A stretch of DNA of 63,808 bases, counting the filler, from Nemertoderma westbladi (lineage: Eukaryota > Animalia > Xenacoelomorpha), in NCBI GenBank assembly GCA_032718475.1. It is 4 parts of 4 records of this genome, joined end to end, with 100 filler letters (N's around TTAATTAATTAA, not from the genome) between each part and the next. Parts side by side here need not be neighbours in the genome. Positions count along the whole stretch, not along the records: positions 20,856 to 47,189 come from JAUCBJ010001258.1; positions 47,290 to 56,768 come from JAUCBJ010006349.1; 2 more parts are not named here. One strand, 5' to 3'. Made by a program: the position numbers and the translations under genes. Shown here one piece after another: positions 38,101 through 48,179 of this stretch (its first letter is position 1; every line of letters starts with the position of its first letter). The notes under the pieces were generated by a model. The model saw nothing but the letters and a program-made list of their open reading frames with translations, ran no database searches and was not told the origin of the DNA.

Positions 38101-41012
38101 AGGCCTATGTCATTACTTCTGAGTCTCTAGCGGATCCCCAATTAAATGTCTTAACTTTTCAATTTCGTAAAAGATAGACTTCATGATTCTCTACAGGCCA
38201 CCAAAATTTCAGCTCAGGAAAATGAGGCCTTCCCGAGAAATTTAACATTTTCTAAAAACTACATAATCTGTCGTAGCTGACGTCAGACTGCATGATTTTT
38301 CACCAAACTTTACAAACTTTCTAAACTTTCTCTCTACTACTTACCTACTAAGTTTGGTTCAATTCCGAACCAGCGATGCAGAGAAATTCGCGTTCAAACA
38401 TTTACCAGACAGACGGACGGACAGACAGACAGACAGACGGACATGCCCCATTTGCCCTATATGAACCGTATGCCAAGGCTCGCCGACTACGTGTCTCGCC
38501 CCACAAGTTGGGGAACAAAAAATGCACTTCAAATACAATTGAAATAAATACATACAGTAGTAATGCAAATGTGTTTGTATCTTACTAAATATATGAATCA
38601 ATTTCCTTCATAATAATATTAATTAAGTACAGCGCCGTCGCTTTACAATCCCCAAGATTTACGATTTACACATTACAGATTTACACAATTGTCACGGTGT
38701 GGAAAGCGTAGAAAACGTTGAATGGTTTCCACATTCACGTTTTCGGTTCCTCGATCTGAACGTATCAAATTTGGCACGCCCCCCATTGCGCAGACAACTT
38801 CTAAAAAATATTGACCTATGATAAAGGGATCATTATTAGTGGATGCACTCTTCAGCCAAATTAATTTGCGGCTATAACCGTCGATGCAGCCATGTATGGC
38901 TAAGCCAAACGGCTTTAGCTTATCCCATCCGTCCATATGGAATATAAAGTTTGGCCCCTTTGCTATGTAGGTTCGTCTCACAAGTTTATTCCCCAGGCGT
39001 TGTTTTACTAGGTCGGGATTTAAGACTTTCTGAATGAAGGCCACAATTTCCTCACGGACAAAGAGGCCATACTTGAACAGCAGTATTTTCTTCATATGTC
39101 TATAGCCAGAAGAAGGCTCCGCAAGAATTGCACTAACTATTTCGGGTAACCGTTCGATTTGAAACCTCTTATGCAATTCCATATCGCCCAATCGTCGACG
39201 AATTGTTCGTATAGAAATATCCTCAAAGTGCTCTTCACGCAGTAAGCAAGAGATTTCCTTGTATGTAAATCCCTTCTTAAAGTATGCTAGCAACACGCGG
39301 TTGTCCATGTCCGTACGAAATAATTAAACGGATAGCTTACCGGTATCGCGTACAATAAGACTACAGTCTAATCGTATTGCACACAATTAACAGCCAAGAA
39401 TGAAGTACCTAAGCCTATGTAGGCCTACTTAGCAAAACATTGATTTTTTTTTATCAAAACATTAATTTTTTTTATCAAAACATTAATTTTTTTTTATCAA
39501 AACATTATTTTTTTTATACAAAACATTAATTTTTTTTTATCAAAACATTAATTTTTTTTTATCAAAACATTATTTTTTTTTATCAAAACATTAATGTTTT
39601 TTTATCAAAACATTATTTTTTTTTAACAAAGCATTAATTTTTTTTTAGCAAAACATTAATTTATTTTTTCAAACTTAAATAACTTTTTTTAAACGTTAAA
39701 AAAAAAATGCAATAATTGGCCGCAACTCACCACCGTAGAATACATAATATTATTCAGCTAATTGCTGGTTTATTAGTTTATTTTTATGTTACATTATTAC
39801 TGCAACCAAACCGCACCTAAAACTATCCGACTACAGGGACTATGTTGTAATGGTCTATATTCTGATACCCCTATTAGACTAATTTTAATTTCGTTCCCAT
39901 GGTACCCAATATTGGCAGGAGGCAGTGAAGGTAATGTTCAGTTAATCCGCATCATATCGGTAAGTAAATTATTAATTAAATAAAATAAAATTAAATAATA
40001 ATAATTAATGTAATTAATTAATTTAAGTGTTATAATTATTATTACTTACTATGGTACGTGGTACGGTACTGAATTAGACCCTAGGCCTAATTAATTAATT
40101 TAACGTGTTTTAATAAAAGAGGTCTATTAATTAATTACCTGTAATAATATGCCGGTCTTCTTTACAGAAACCCACCGCTTGGATGCCGCTCCCCGTTCCT
40201 TTAATCCGGTTGATAACCTCCCCAGTTACAGAATTTAGAATATAAATCAACCCGGTGTTCCTCCCAACAGCAGCGATTCTGGATCCGTTCGGACTCAATA
40301 CGATCCACCGGACGTTAGGAGTTGCTTCCTGTCTCCACAAGGTCTCCCCTGCACCAACAACGAAGCGATGGATCCCTCCTCCCCCATCTACCGACACCAC
40401 TGACTCCCCATCCGGACCCCAACCCAGACTCCAGACCCTCCCACTGTGCCCCCGGTATTGGTACAACATCTCCTGGGTTTCGGTCACCCAAACTTTTACT
40501 GTTCTATCGTCCGAACCGCTGGCCAACCGGGACCCGTTCGAGTCGAACCGAATACAGGTAACCGACCCAGAATGCCCCGCCCAGTTCGTAACCTTATATT
40601 TCCCCCCAGTTATTGATATAATAGAAATCCCCCCGTCGGTCCCACAAGTTGCAACGACGTCCCGGTTGGAGGGATTTATATCTATTTCCCACCTATATTT
40701 ATACTCCCCCCCACCAACCACTAACTCCCCCCTCGGTACCTCCACTACGACCCTCCAACCGGTCGTTTCCCGCTCCCAGACAGTCACCGTCCCCCCCCCG
40801 ACCGGTTCCCGAGGCAACGCGGTTCCCGTCCGTAGAAACCGCGACTCTCCAGTATTCGTTAGAACCTCCGGATCCCGGTAGATATTCCTTTTTGTAGAGA
40901 GTTGTTGAATTTATGATACAGGGGAGGTTGTAAGACACAAAGACAACCTCCTCGGTACCCGGGATCATTTTGAGATCCTTGATCGGCGCCATTGTTAGGG
41001 GGATTATTGAAT
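27861..41012 (-). CDS. ROCO-family protein, WD40(x7)-Roc-COR-CARD-CARD; exons 41012-40139 and 31126-27861, about 1370 aa counted from Met 40992
   Basis: The phase-1 donor ACAG|gtaatt (40139) and phase-1 acceptor tatatag|GA (31126) join as DRHIITG-DVYGTITVID and complete the seventh WD40 repeat. One extra G in a G9 run (40791-40799) must be removed to keep the WD40 exon in frame. Confidence 0.75.
31186..31517. mobile_element. MITE (MuDR-like) in the intron next to the ROCO acceptor
   Basis: TIR GATGAAAAATTCTGGGTTGG / CCAACCCTGAATTTTTCATC; imperfect 9-bp flanks CAATATTAC / GAATATAAC. Confidence 0.65.
31717..32455 (-). mobile_element. RTE 3' fragment (same family as 8321-9369), interrupted by a HINE/MITE
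   Basis: 32263-32455 matches 8448-8640; (TAG)n tail at 31717-31737. Confidence 0.85.
31745..32262. mobile_element. HINE/MITE-like non-autonomous element with about 70-bp subterminal inverted repeats and a (GAC)n microsatellite
   Basis: CACGAAGTTGGC..TTATGCAAATAGTTGTCG (31762-31832) is inverted at 32180-32254; shares GTGGGGACTTCGCGCAGCACG with the element at 37891. Confidence 0.75.
32535..33502. repeat. 35-bp tandem satellite (GTTAATATAAACAACTACCCGCGATACTGTATACT), about 27 copies
   Basis: Homogeneous tandem array with no spacers. Confidence 0.95.
34010..34375. mobile_element. Degenerate foldback/MITE remnant
   Basis: GAAAGCTTG..GGATTCCAAATAT..GTTGAGAAAC is inverted at 34310-34370. Confidence 0.5.
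35533..37395 (+). CDS. Transposon-borne HECT-domain E3 ubiquitin ligase-like protein (G2E3-like) with a C4 zinc ribbon
   Basis: CPVC..CDNC; VKFMGEDAVDTGGPFRE (HECT N-lobe); GDTCGKVLRFP (catalytic Cys motif); GFGLQ* with Phe near the C-terminus. Confidence 0.82.
   Translation: MVPLRQPIISVKNLIIDKLFPNGKNRTLLAKKLPSAPSEYDFTLVDANNDSIESYKCLDEYCVANCVVGVPRIDILCCKLSVVEDSTIDQNVIDSTINQDVIEVAVATCIDKIPTETSSNDNTECGRRLICPVCSTSRPRNEPFCDNCRILSDYENSVLFDSFAMTEDYLENEIMTSEISHGGLREEVAGLRVAYFQNRPEPLNIDMDIEESNTPDELPTRPPVACEIESNSTHLVEAATTRPQNVSLADALLAARYTLGEKAGLSYTLFELPRSRLTDSLYEILELEDIKSPSVTVKFMGEDAVDTGGPFRELLSIFFLHQPPSLFRGQYPHFTFRHNLELLTNFKNLGKIVALGLINGAAGPHFLTHSLACAVLDIPFKTALEEVPLDEEYREKLISIKQSIDETTFQECMGSFTERFDMGVVKGSLSIDEKDSLLSLLCRHIVVSSVGEEIYNFKEGLNIFGAYDIMREYPEESYKALTFVEVTYEEAKMCFNPIYESGEKTRQREKEIEITFKFHNFMKKASKGLLSMEIITNDDTVRKLLSLGDIIQFGSGSRYPNFEGELRFFQTEYKQRRLVGDTCGKVLRFPINDRYLLGSSDQFSRRLLTDMFDDLGFGLQ
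37398..37765. repeat. 42-bp tandem repeat (ATTGAGACGGGTTATGGGACTTCTGCGGGTTTCCCGTCGATT), about 9 copies
   Basis: Starts immediately after the HECT stop codon. Confidence 0.92.
37885..38507. mobile_element. HINE/DINE-1-like non-autonomous element nested in the IS3EU-like transposon
   Basis: About 55-bp inverted repeats (CACGTAGTCGGC..AAATGGGGCATGTC), a GACA/GACG microsatellite at 38408-38442, and GTGGGG/CCCCAC ends. Confidence 0.75.
38673..39308 (-). pseudogene. IS3EU-type DDE transposase (HTH and integrase core), truncated or internally deleted before the third catalytic residue
   Basis: ISIRTIRRRL HTH; FHMDGWDKLKPFGLAIHGCIDGYSR and RSDRGTEN supply the two Asp; the downstream NQRIER-type Glu motif is absent and the frame stops after a short duplicated TGTGTAAATC. 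Confidence 0.8.
40139..41012 (-). CDS. WD40-repeat exon (seven repeats, the last completed by the next exon); apparent 1-nt homopolymer frameshift
   Basis: GHSGSVTCIRFDSNGSRLASGSDDRTVKVW, GHSGRVWSLGWGPDG and others; ttttag| acceptor and |gtaatt donor; ORFs 40699..41031 and 40131..40817 meet at a G9 run. Confidence 0.85.
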
Positions 41013-42654
41013 CTAAAAGATAAAATAACAATTAACTTTCATTTCTTCTTCTTATTCGAATATAATTATATATAATAAGGGGGGGGGGGGGGGGGGGGGG
41101 GGGAGTTTAACGGTTAATCCAACAGTGTCTATGTTGTAGTCACCACGAGCCGCCGAGAGTTTATTCTGTGTGAATAACAGATGTTGTCCTCACGTAAGTT
41201 TCAAGATGATATTTGGTTAGTATTTATTTTGAACAAGAATATAATACCTACTTAATATTTATATATTAATTTGAAATATTTCAACTTAATATTAATATAA
41301 CTAGACGGCTCCATCAGTGGACAGTTGGTGTTTGCAATTAGATGGAATTCATATAAATTAATTTAGAAATTACAAACTTGTTTTCCTCGGTGGGTCAAAT
41401 TTTGGTGCGGCACCAAATTTTGAAATCCTTTCAATAGTTCAATCGCTTGTGACAACTTATTTCTCGTGTTTTACAGGTTTATGGTTTATTTTAATACAAA
41501 CTTTGTTTTTTTTCTAAATTTTATTTGTGAAAATATTTTTCGTGGAATTTCTTAAATTTTATTACATGTGTTGAAAGAGCATCGAAGTAGAAAATGTTTG
41601 CAGCTTTGTATGTAATTTGAGCAAAATCCATGCTCAATAGTAAACTCAATATATTTACTCAATAGTAAATAACTTAATATATTCTTAATAAACTTAATAT
41701 ATTCCAGAACCATTAAATTATTTAACATTGAGTAAGGCAGCATCAGGAGGACGAGTACAGTAATTTGAACCCCAGAACTACGATAGCAATATAGTTTGCT
41801 AATAATTTACTTTAATAACTATTACAACAATCCGGTTAAGGATATTGTTGGTATAAATTGAATTGCACTAGCACAGAAATATAAGTAAAAAAAGTACCAA
41901 TTTAAGAATAAAATTACGTATTATATGGCAAAAAACGTAGGGCCTAGCACATTTTTTTCAATATTCTCTCGACCCTTTATTAACTTCGCTGGCGCTCGGG
42001 AAATAAAATAACTCGAGTATAGTGGAAAAAAGTTGTAACTTTTATTTTCCTAAGTACTAAATACTTAATTATACTAATAAAACGTATTTAATGTGAACAA
42101 TACCGTCTGTGGGTAATGGATACATGACTTGTCCACCAAAAATACTATTCAATTAATTCAGCCAATTTAGTTATATATCCAATTTGAAGTTTATGCAATA
42201 TGTTACCCCTAGCGGCCAACATAGGAAAATATAGAAATTTTAGAAAGTAAACCATTTAAATAAGTTTGACATCAATTTTTACTAACAAATTCGGGTGATT
42301 TTTGATGATCGAATCTTACGGCGATTGGATGAATTAAGCCTAGAGCTATACAACACACATGACACAGTAATGTTTTACCTTGGAGCTTGGGTGTTATTAT
42401 TCCCTTGGGCAAAATAACACCTATGCAATTAATGAATTAAAGTGAAACACACCGAAAATTTTCCAATTCCCTTGGGAAAAATAAATATAAACACCCCCAA
42501 AACTTTCCAAGCCCCATTTTGTAAACTCTTCCCCCAAACAATGCCCTTTTAGAATCTGTAAATAGTTGTTAAGGGACAAAAATAATCGAAATGCATACCA
42601 TAATAAATGTGTAACAACTTACTTATTCCCCAGAAGTTAGTTATTTTCCCAGTT

Positions 42655-42722
42655 ATTTAACCCGCGGGCAGGAAACAACCCGAGGGCGAAGCCCGAGGGT
42701 GTTCCTGCCCAAGGGTTAAGCA
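42655..42722. repeat. Hairpin motif CCCGAGGGCGAAGCCCGAGGG inside an inverted repeat, resembling non-autonomous Crypton-like elements
   Basis: TAACCC..GGGCAGGAA ... TTCCTGCCC..GGGTTA stem; related hairpins at about 41965-42020 and 50455-50560. The family assignment is from memory of such repeats. Confidence 0.4.
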
Positions 42723-43034
42723 TAGAGCAATATAAATTTGTTATTAATAGAAATTGTTTCCAACTTTATAACTACATGTAAAAATGGAAGCAGGACAATT
42801 CGGTCCCGGACAATTCGGTCCCATTTATTTTGTGTTATGGGACCGAATTGTCCGTGACCAAATCCTACCAATTGGTACTATAATGGTGAATGTTCTCAAC
42901 CTTAGTATATATTTTTCTACGGTAACTAGTGTTTTTTTACTAGTTAATCATTAAAAAATTCACTTTTTATCCGCAAAATGCGGACATAAAATACTTTTTT
43001 GTCCGCATATGCGGACAAACCCGGATGCGGATAC

Positions 43035-46000
43035 ACCCCTTCCACAGATCCCCCCATACCTCCCACTCCGTCTCCTACACCATCCACAGATCCCCCCATA
43101 CTTCCCGCACCGCCTCCCACACCCTCCAAAGATCCTCCTGTACTTCCCACTCCGTCTCCCACGCCGTCCACAGATCCCGCCATACCTCCCACTCCGTCTC
43201 CTACACCATCCACAGACCCTCCTGTACTTCCCACTCCGTCTCCTACACCCTCCAAAGATCCTCCTGTATTTCCCACTCCGTCTCCTACACCATCCACAGA
43301 TCCCCCCATACCTCCCACTCCGTCTCCTACACCATCCACAGATCCCCCATACTTCCCACACCGCCTCCCACACCCTCCAAAGATCCTCCTGTACTTCCCA
43401 CTCCGTCTCCCACACCGTCCACAGGTCCCCCCATACCTCCCACTCCGTCTCCTACACCATCCACAGATCCCCCCATACTTCCGACTCCGCCTCCCACACC
43501 CTCCAAAGATCCTCCTGTATTTCCCACTCCGTCTCCTACACCTCCACAGATCCCCCCATACCTCCCACTCCGTCTCCTACACCATCCACAGATCCCCCCA
43601 TACCTCCCACTCCGTCTCCTACACCATCCACAGATCCTCCTGTACTTCCCACTCCGTCTCCCACACCGTCCACAGATCCCCCCATACTTCCCACTTCGCC
43701 TCCCACACCCTCCACAGATCCCCCCATACCTCCCACTCCGTCTCCTACACCATCCACAGATCCCCCCATACTTCCGACTCCGCCTCCCACACCCTCCAAA
43801 GATCCTCCTGTACTTCCCACTCCGTCTCCCACACCCTCCACAGATCCCCCCATACCTCCCACTCCGTCTCCCACACCCTCCAAAGATCCTCCTGTACTCC
43901 CCACTCCGTCTCCCACACCGTCCACAGATCCTCCTGTACTTTCCACTCCGTCTCCCACACCCTCCAAAGCTCCTCCTGTACTTCCCACTCCGTCTACTAC
44001 ACCCTCCACAGATCCCCCCATACCTCCCACTCCGTCTCCTACACCATCCACAGATCCCCCATACTTCCGACTCCGCCTCCCACACCCTCCAAAGATCCTC
44101 CTGTACTTCCCACTCCGTCTCCCACACCCTCCACAGATCCCCCCATAGCTCCCACTCCGTCTCCCACACCCTCCAAAGATCCTCCTGTACTTCCCACTCC
44201 GTCTCCCACACCGTCCACAGATCCTCCTGTACTTCCCACTCCGTCTCCCACACCGTCCACAGATCCTCCTGTACTTTTCACTCCGTCTCCCACACCCTCC
44301 AAAGATCCTCCTGTACTTCCCACTCCGCCTCCCACACCCTCCACAGATCCTCCTGTACTTCCCACTCCGTCTCCTACACCCTCCACAGATCCCCCCATAC
44401 CTCCCACTCCGTCTCCTACACCATCCACAGATCCCCCATACTTCCGACTCCGCCTCCCACACCCTCCAAAGATCCTCCTGTACTTCCCACTCCGTCTCCC
44501 ACACCCTCCACAGATCCCCCCATACCTCCCACTCCGTCTCCCACACCCTCCAAAGATCCTCCTGTACTTCCCACTCCGTCTCCCACACCCTCCACAGATC
44601 CTCCTGTACTTCCCACTCCGTCTCCCACACCGTCCACAGATCCTCCTGTACTTTCCACTCCGTCTCCCACACCTCCAAAGATCCTCCTGTACTTCTCACT
44701 CCGCCTCCCACACCCTCCACAGATCCTCCTGTACTTCCCACTCCGTCTCCTACACCCTCCACAGATCCCCCCATACCTCCCACTCCGTCTCCTACACCAT
44801 CCACAGATCCTCATGTACTTCCGCTCCGCCCCACACCCTCCACAGATCCCCCCATACCTCCCACTCCGTCTCCTACACCATCCACAGATCCTCATGTACT
44901 TCCGACTCCGCCTCCCACACCCTCCAAAGATCCTCCTGTACTTCCCACTCCGTCTCCTACACCCTCCACAGATCCCCCCATACCTCCCACTCCGTCTCCA
45001 CACCTCCACAGATCCTCATGTACTTCCGCTCCGCCTCCCACACCCTCCAAAGATCCCCTACTCCCACTCCGTCTCCACACCTCCACAGATCCTCTGTACT
45101 TCCCTCCGCCTCCCACACCCTCCAAAGATCCTCCTGTACTTCCCACTCCGTCTCCCACACCCTCCACAGATCCCCCCATACCTCCCACTCCGTCTCCTAC
45201 ACCATCCACAGATCCTCATGTACTTCCGACTCCGCCTCCCACACCTCCACAGATCCTCCCGTACTTCCCACTCCGTCTCCCACACCCTCCACAGATCCTC
45301 CTGTACTTCCCACTCCGTCTCCTACACCCTCCACAGATCCCCCCATACCTCCCACTCCGTCTCCTACACCCTCCACAGATCCCCCCATACTTCCCACACC
45401 GCCTCCCACACCCTCCAAAGATCCTCCTGTACTTCCCACTCCGTCTCCCACACCCTCCACAGATCCCCCATACCTCCCACTCCGTCTCCCACACCATCCA
45501 CAGATCCCTCCTGTACTTCCCACTCCGTCTCCCACACCCTCCAAAGATCCTCCTGTACTTCCCACTCCGTCTCCCACACCGTCCACAGATCCCCCCATAC
45601 CTCCCACTCCGTCTCCCTACACCATCCACAGATCCCCCCATACTTCCGACTCCGCCTCCCACACCCCCCAAAGATCCTCCTGTATTTCCCACTCCGTCTC
45701 CTACACCCTCCACAGATCCCCCCATACCTCCCACTCCGTCTCCCTCCACCCTCCACAGATCCCCCCGTACTTCCCACTCCGTCTCCCACACCGTCCACAG
45801 ATCCCCCCATACTTCCCACTTCGCCTCCCACACCCTCCACAGATCCCCCCATACCTCCCACTCCGTCTCCTACACCATCCACAGATCCCCCCATACTTCC
45901 CACTCCGCCTCCCACACCCTCCAAAGATCCTCCTGTACTTCCCACTCCGTCTCCCACACCCTCCACAGATCCCCCCATACCTCCCACTCCGCCTCCCACA

Positions 46001-47050
46001 CCCTCCAAAGATCCTCCTGTACTCCCCACTCCTTCTCCCACACCGTACACAGATCCTCCTGTACTTTCCACTCCGTCTCTCACACCCTCCAAAGCTCCTC
46101 CTGTACTTCACACTCCGTCTACTACACCCTCCACAGATCCCCCCATACCTCCCACTCCGTCTCCTACACCATCCACAGATCCCCCATACTTCCGACTCCG
46201 CCTCCCACACCCTCCACAGATCCTCCTGTACTTCCCTCGCTCCCACACCCTCCAAAGATCCTCCTGTACTTCCCACTCCGCTCCACACCCTCCACAGATC
46301 CCCCTACTCCCACTCCGTCTCCACACCCTCCACAGATCCCCCCATACCTCCCACTCCATCTCCTACACCATCCACAGATCCTCATGACTCCACTCCGCTC
46401 CCACACCCTCCAAGATCCCCTACCCCACTCCGTCTCCACACCGTCCACAGATCCTCATGTACTTCCGACTCCGCCTCCCACACCCTCCAAAGATCCTCCT
46501 GTACTTCCCACTCCGTCTCCTACACCCTCCACAGATCCCCCCATACCTCCCACTCCGTCTCCTACACCATCCACAGATCCTCATGTACTTCCACTCCGCC
46601 TCCCACACCCTCCAAAGATCCTCATGTACTTCCCACTCCGTCTCCTACACCCTCCACAGATCCCCCCATACCTCCCACTCCGTCTCCCACACCATCCACA
46701 GATCCTCATGTACTTCCGACTCCGCCTCCCACACCCTCCAAAGATCCTCCTGTACTTCCCACTCCGTCTCCTACACCCTCCACAGATCCCCCCGTACCTC
46801 CCACTCCGTCTCCCACACCATCCACAGATCCTCATGTACTTCCGTCTCCGCCTCCCACACCCTCCAAAGATCCTCCTGTACTTCCGACTCCGCCTCCCAC
46901 ACCCTCCAAAGATCCTCCTGTACTTCCCACTCCGCCTCCCACACCGTCCACAGATCCTCCTGTACTTCCACTTCGCCTCCCACACTCTCCACAGATCCTC
47001 CTGTACTTCCCACTCCGTCTCCCACACCGTCCACAGATCCTCCTGTACTG
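43035..47050. repeat. 4-kb 39-bp minisatellite (CCACAGATCCTCCTGTACTTCCCACTCCGTCTCCCACAC-like), about 100 copies
   Basis: Tandem array with many indels; source of dozens of spurious ORFs. Confidence 0.95.
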
Positions 47051-47189
47051 AAGTAGTTCTTACTAAAAGCCTATACATACTTTAGCAGCTTCAATGTACT
47101 GTACAGTCCTGTACATGTACAAGGCAGACTAGACAGGGGTGGCCTGTTAATGTTAGGGATTAAATTCAATGTTATTGAGTTTATTGTTT

Positions 47190-47289
47190 NNNNNNNNNNN
47201 NNNNNNNNNNNNNNNNNNNNNNNNNNNNNNNNNTTAATTAATTAANNNNNNNNNNNNNNNNNNNNNNNNNNNNNNNNNNNNNNNNNNNN
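47190..47289. other. Assembly gap with artificial linker
   Basis: N run with central TTAATTAATTAA. Confidence 0.97.
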
Positions 47290-47507
47290 CAACAGTTTCC
47301 ACCATTCAAACAAGTTAGAATTTTATAGATTAATAGTATTGATGCGGTAACGAGATAATTTGTATATTGATACTGTATACTAATTATGTTTGTTTATGTA
47401 TGAAAATCTGCAGGGTTGCAATGCCAGAACCTATACCAAACTAAATAACTGATATATTTTATTATAATAGAATATTTATAATATTTTTTTTGTATTACCA
47501 ATTTCAG

Positions 47508-47689
47508 GATGTCCAGAACCTTACCATATTGCTCCAGTGGGGACGGTTGGTACTTTAACCTCACCTAACTACCCGTCCAACTACAATAACAATGATCATT
47601 GCATCTACCACATCCATGGAGAAGTTCACAAGACCATTCAATTGACATTTCAAGTTTTTAATGTTGAAAGTAATTGGGATTTCCTCTAT
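47508..47689 (+). CDS. CUB-domain protein exon, N-terminal half of CUB
   Basis: ttcag| GCPEPYHIAPVGTVGTLTSPNYPSNYNNNDHCIYHIHGEVHKTIQLTFQVFNVESNWDFLY |gtaagt; SPNYP..Y....C motif; missed by the ORF track. Confidence 0.9.
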
Positions 47690-48179
47690 GTAAGTAGCTG
47701 ATGTGGATTGTAGGAAATCATCTTCCTTATTTAACAGGAGCAGGAAATTTATATGGCCTACATAGTACATATATAGTGTAGTATATGAAAATATAGATAC
47801 ATATAAGATATTATGTTATGTATATAAATAATAATACATAAATAAACCCCTTTTGTATTCATTTAAGATTGAACATAGCAAAAATGTTAGTTGGCGCAAT
47901 ATACAGATTAAATAATATAGATTTATATATGTCTATTTTCATAGACTATGATATTATGAAATTCATTATACACGTTACAAAACGATGGTACGACTTGTAT
48001 ATCTCGAATTGAACGAAACAGTTGCCGTGTGTATTTCATGACAAACAGTTTTTGTTGATGTGGAAAATCTACCAAATAGACTACTGTATAAGTAATAAAA
48101 TAATAGGTCGCATCCAATAGATCTTAAACATACCTTTGTGTTTCATGTTCACTCACCCAATTATCATAAAGACAAATCA

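Larger units (their letters stand above)
34836..39737. mobile_element. IS3EU-like DNA transposon (4.9 kb) with long TIRs, 6-bp TSD GAATAC, and convergent HECT-like and DDE ORFs
   Basis: GAATAC|TACGGTGGTGAGTTGCGGCCAATTATTGC ... GCAATAATTGGCCGCAACTCACCACCGTA|GAATAC; about 20-bp subterminal tandem units (AAAATTAATGTTTTGCT) in both arms. TAY..RTA ends with a 6-bp TSD match IS3EU as I recall the superfamily. Confidence 0.88.

Noticed and set aside
42999-47085. 1350-aa and 1120-aa Pro/Thr/Ser-rich ORFs as a mucin gene
   Set aside because: They are translations of a 39-bp satellite that is open in several frames on both strands, with frequent frame switches and no signal peptide or splice support. 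The same repeat is intronic in LAMP.
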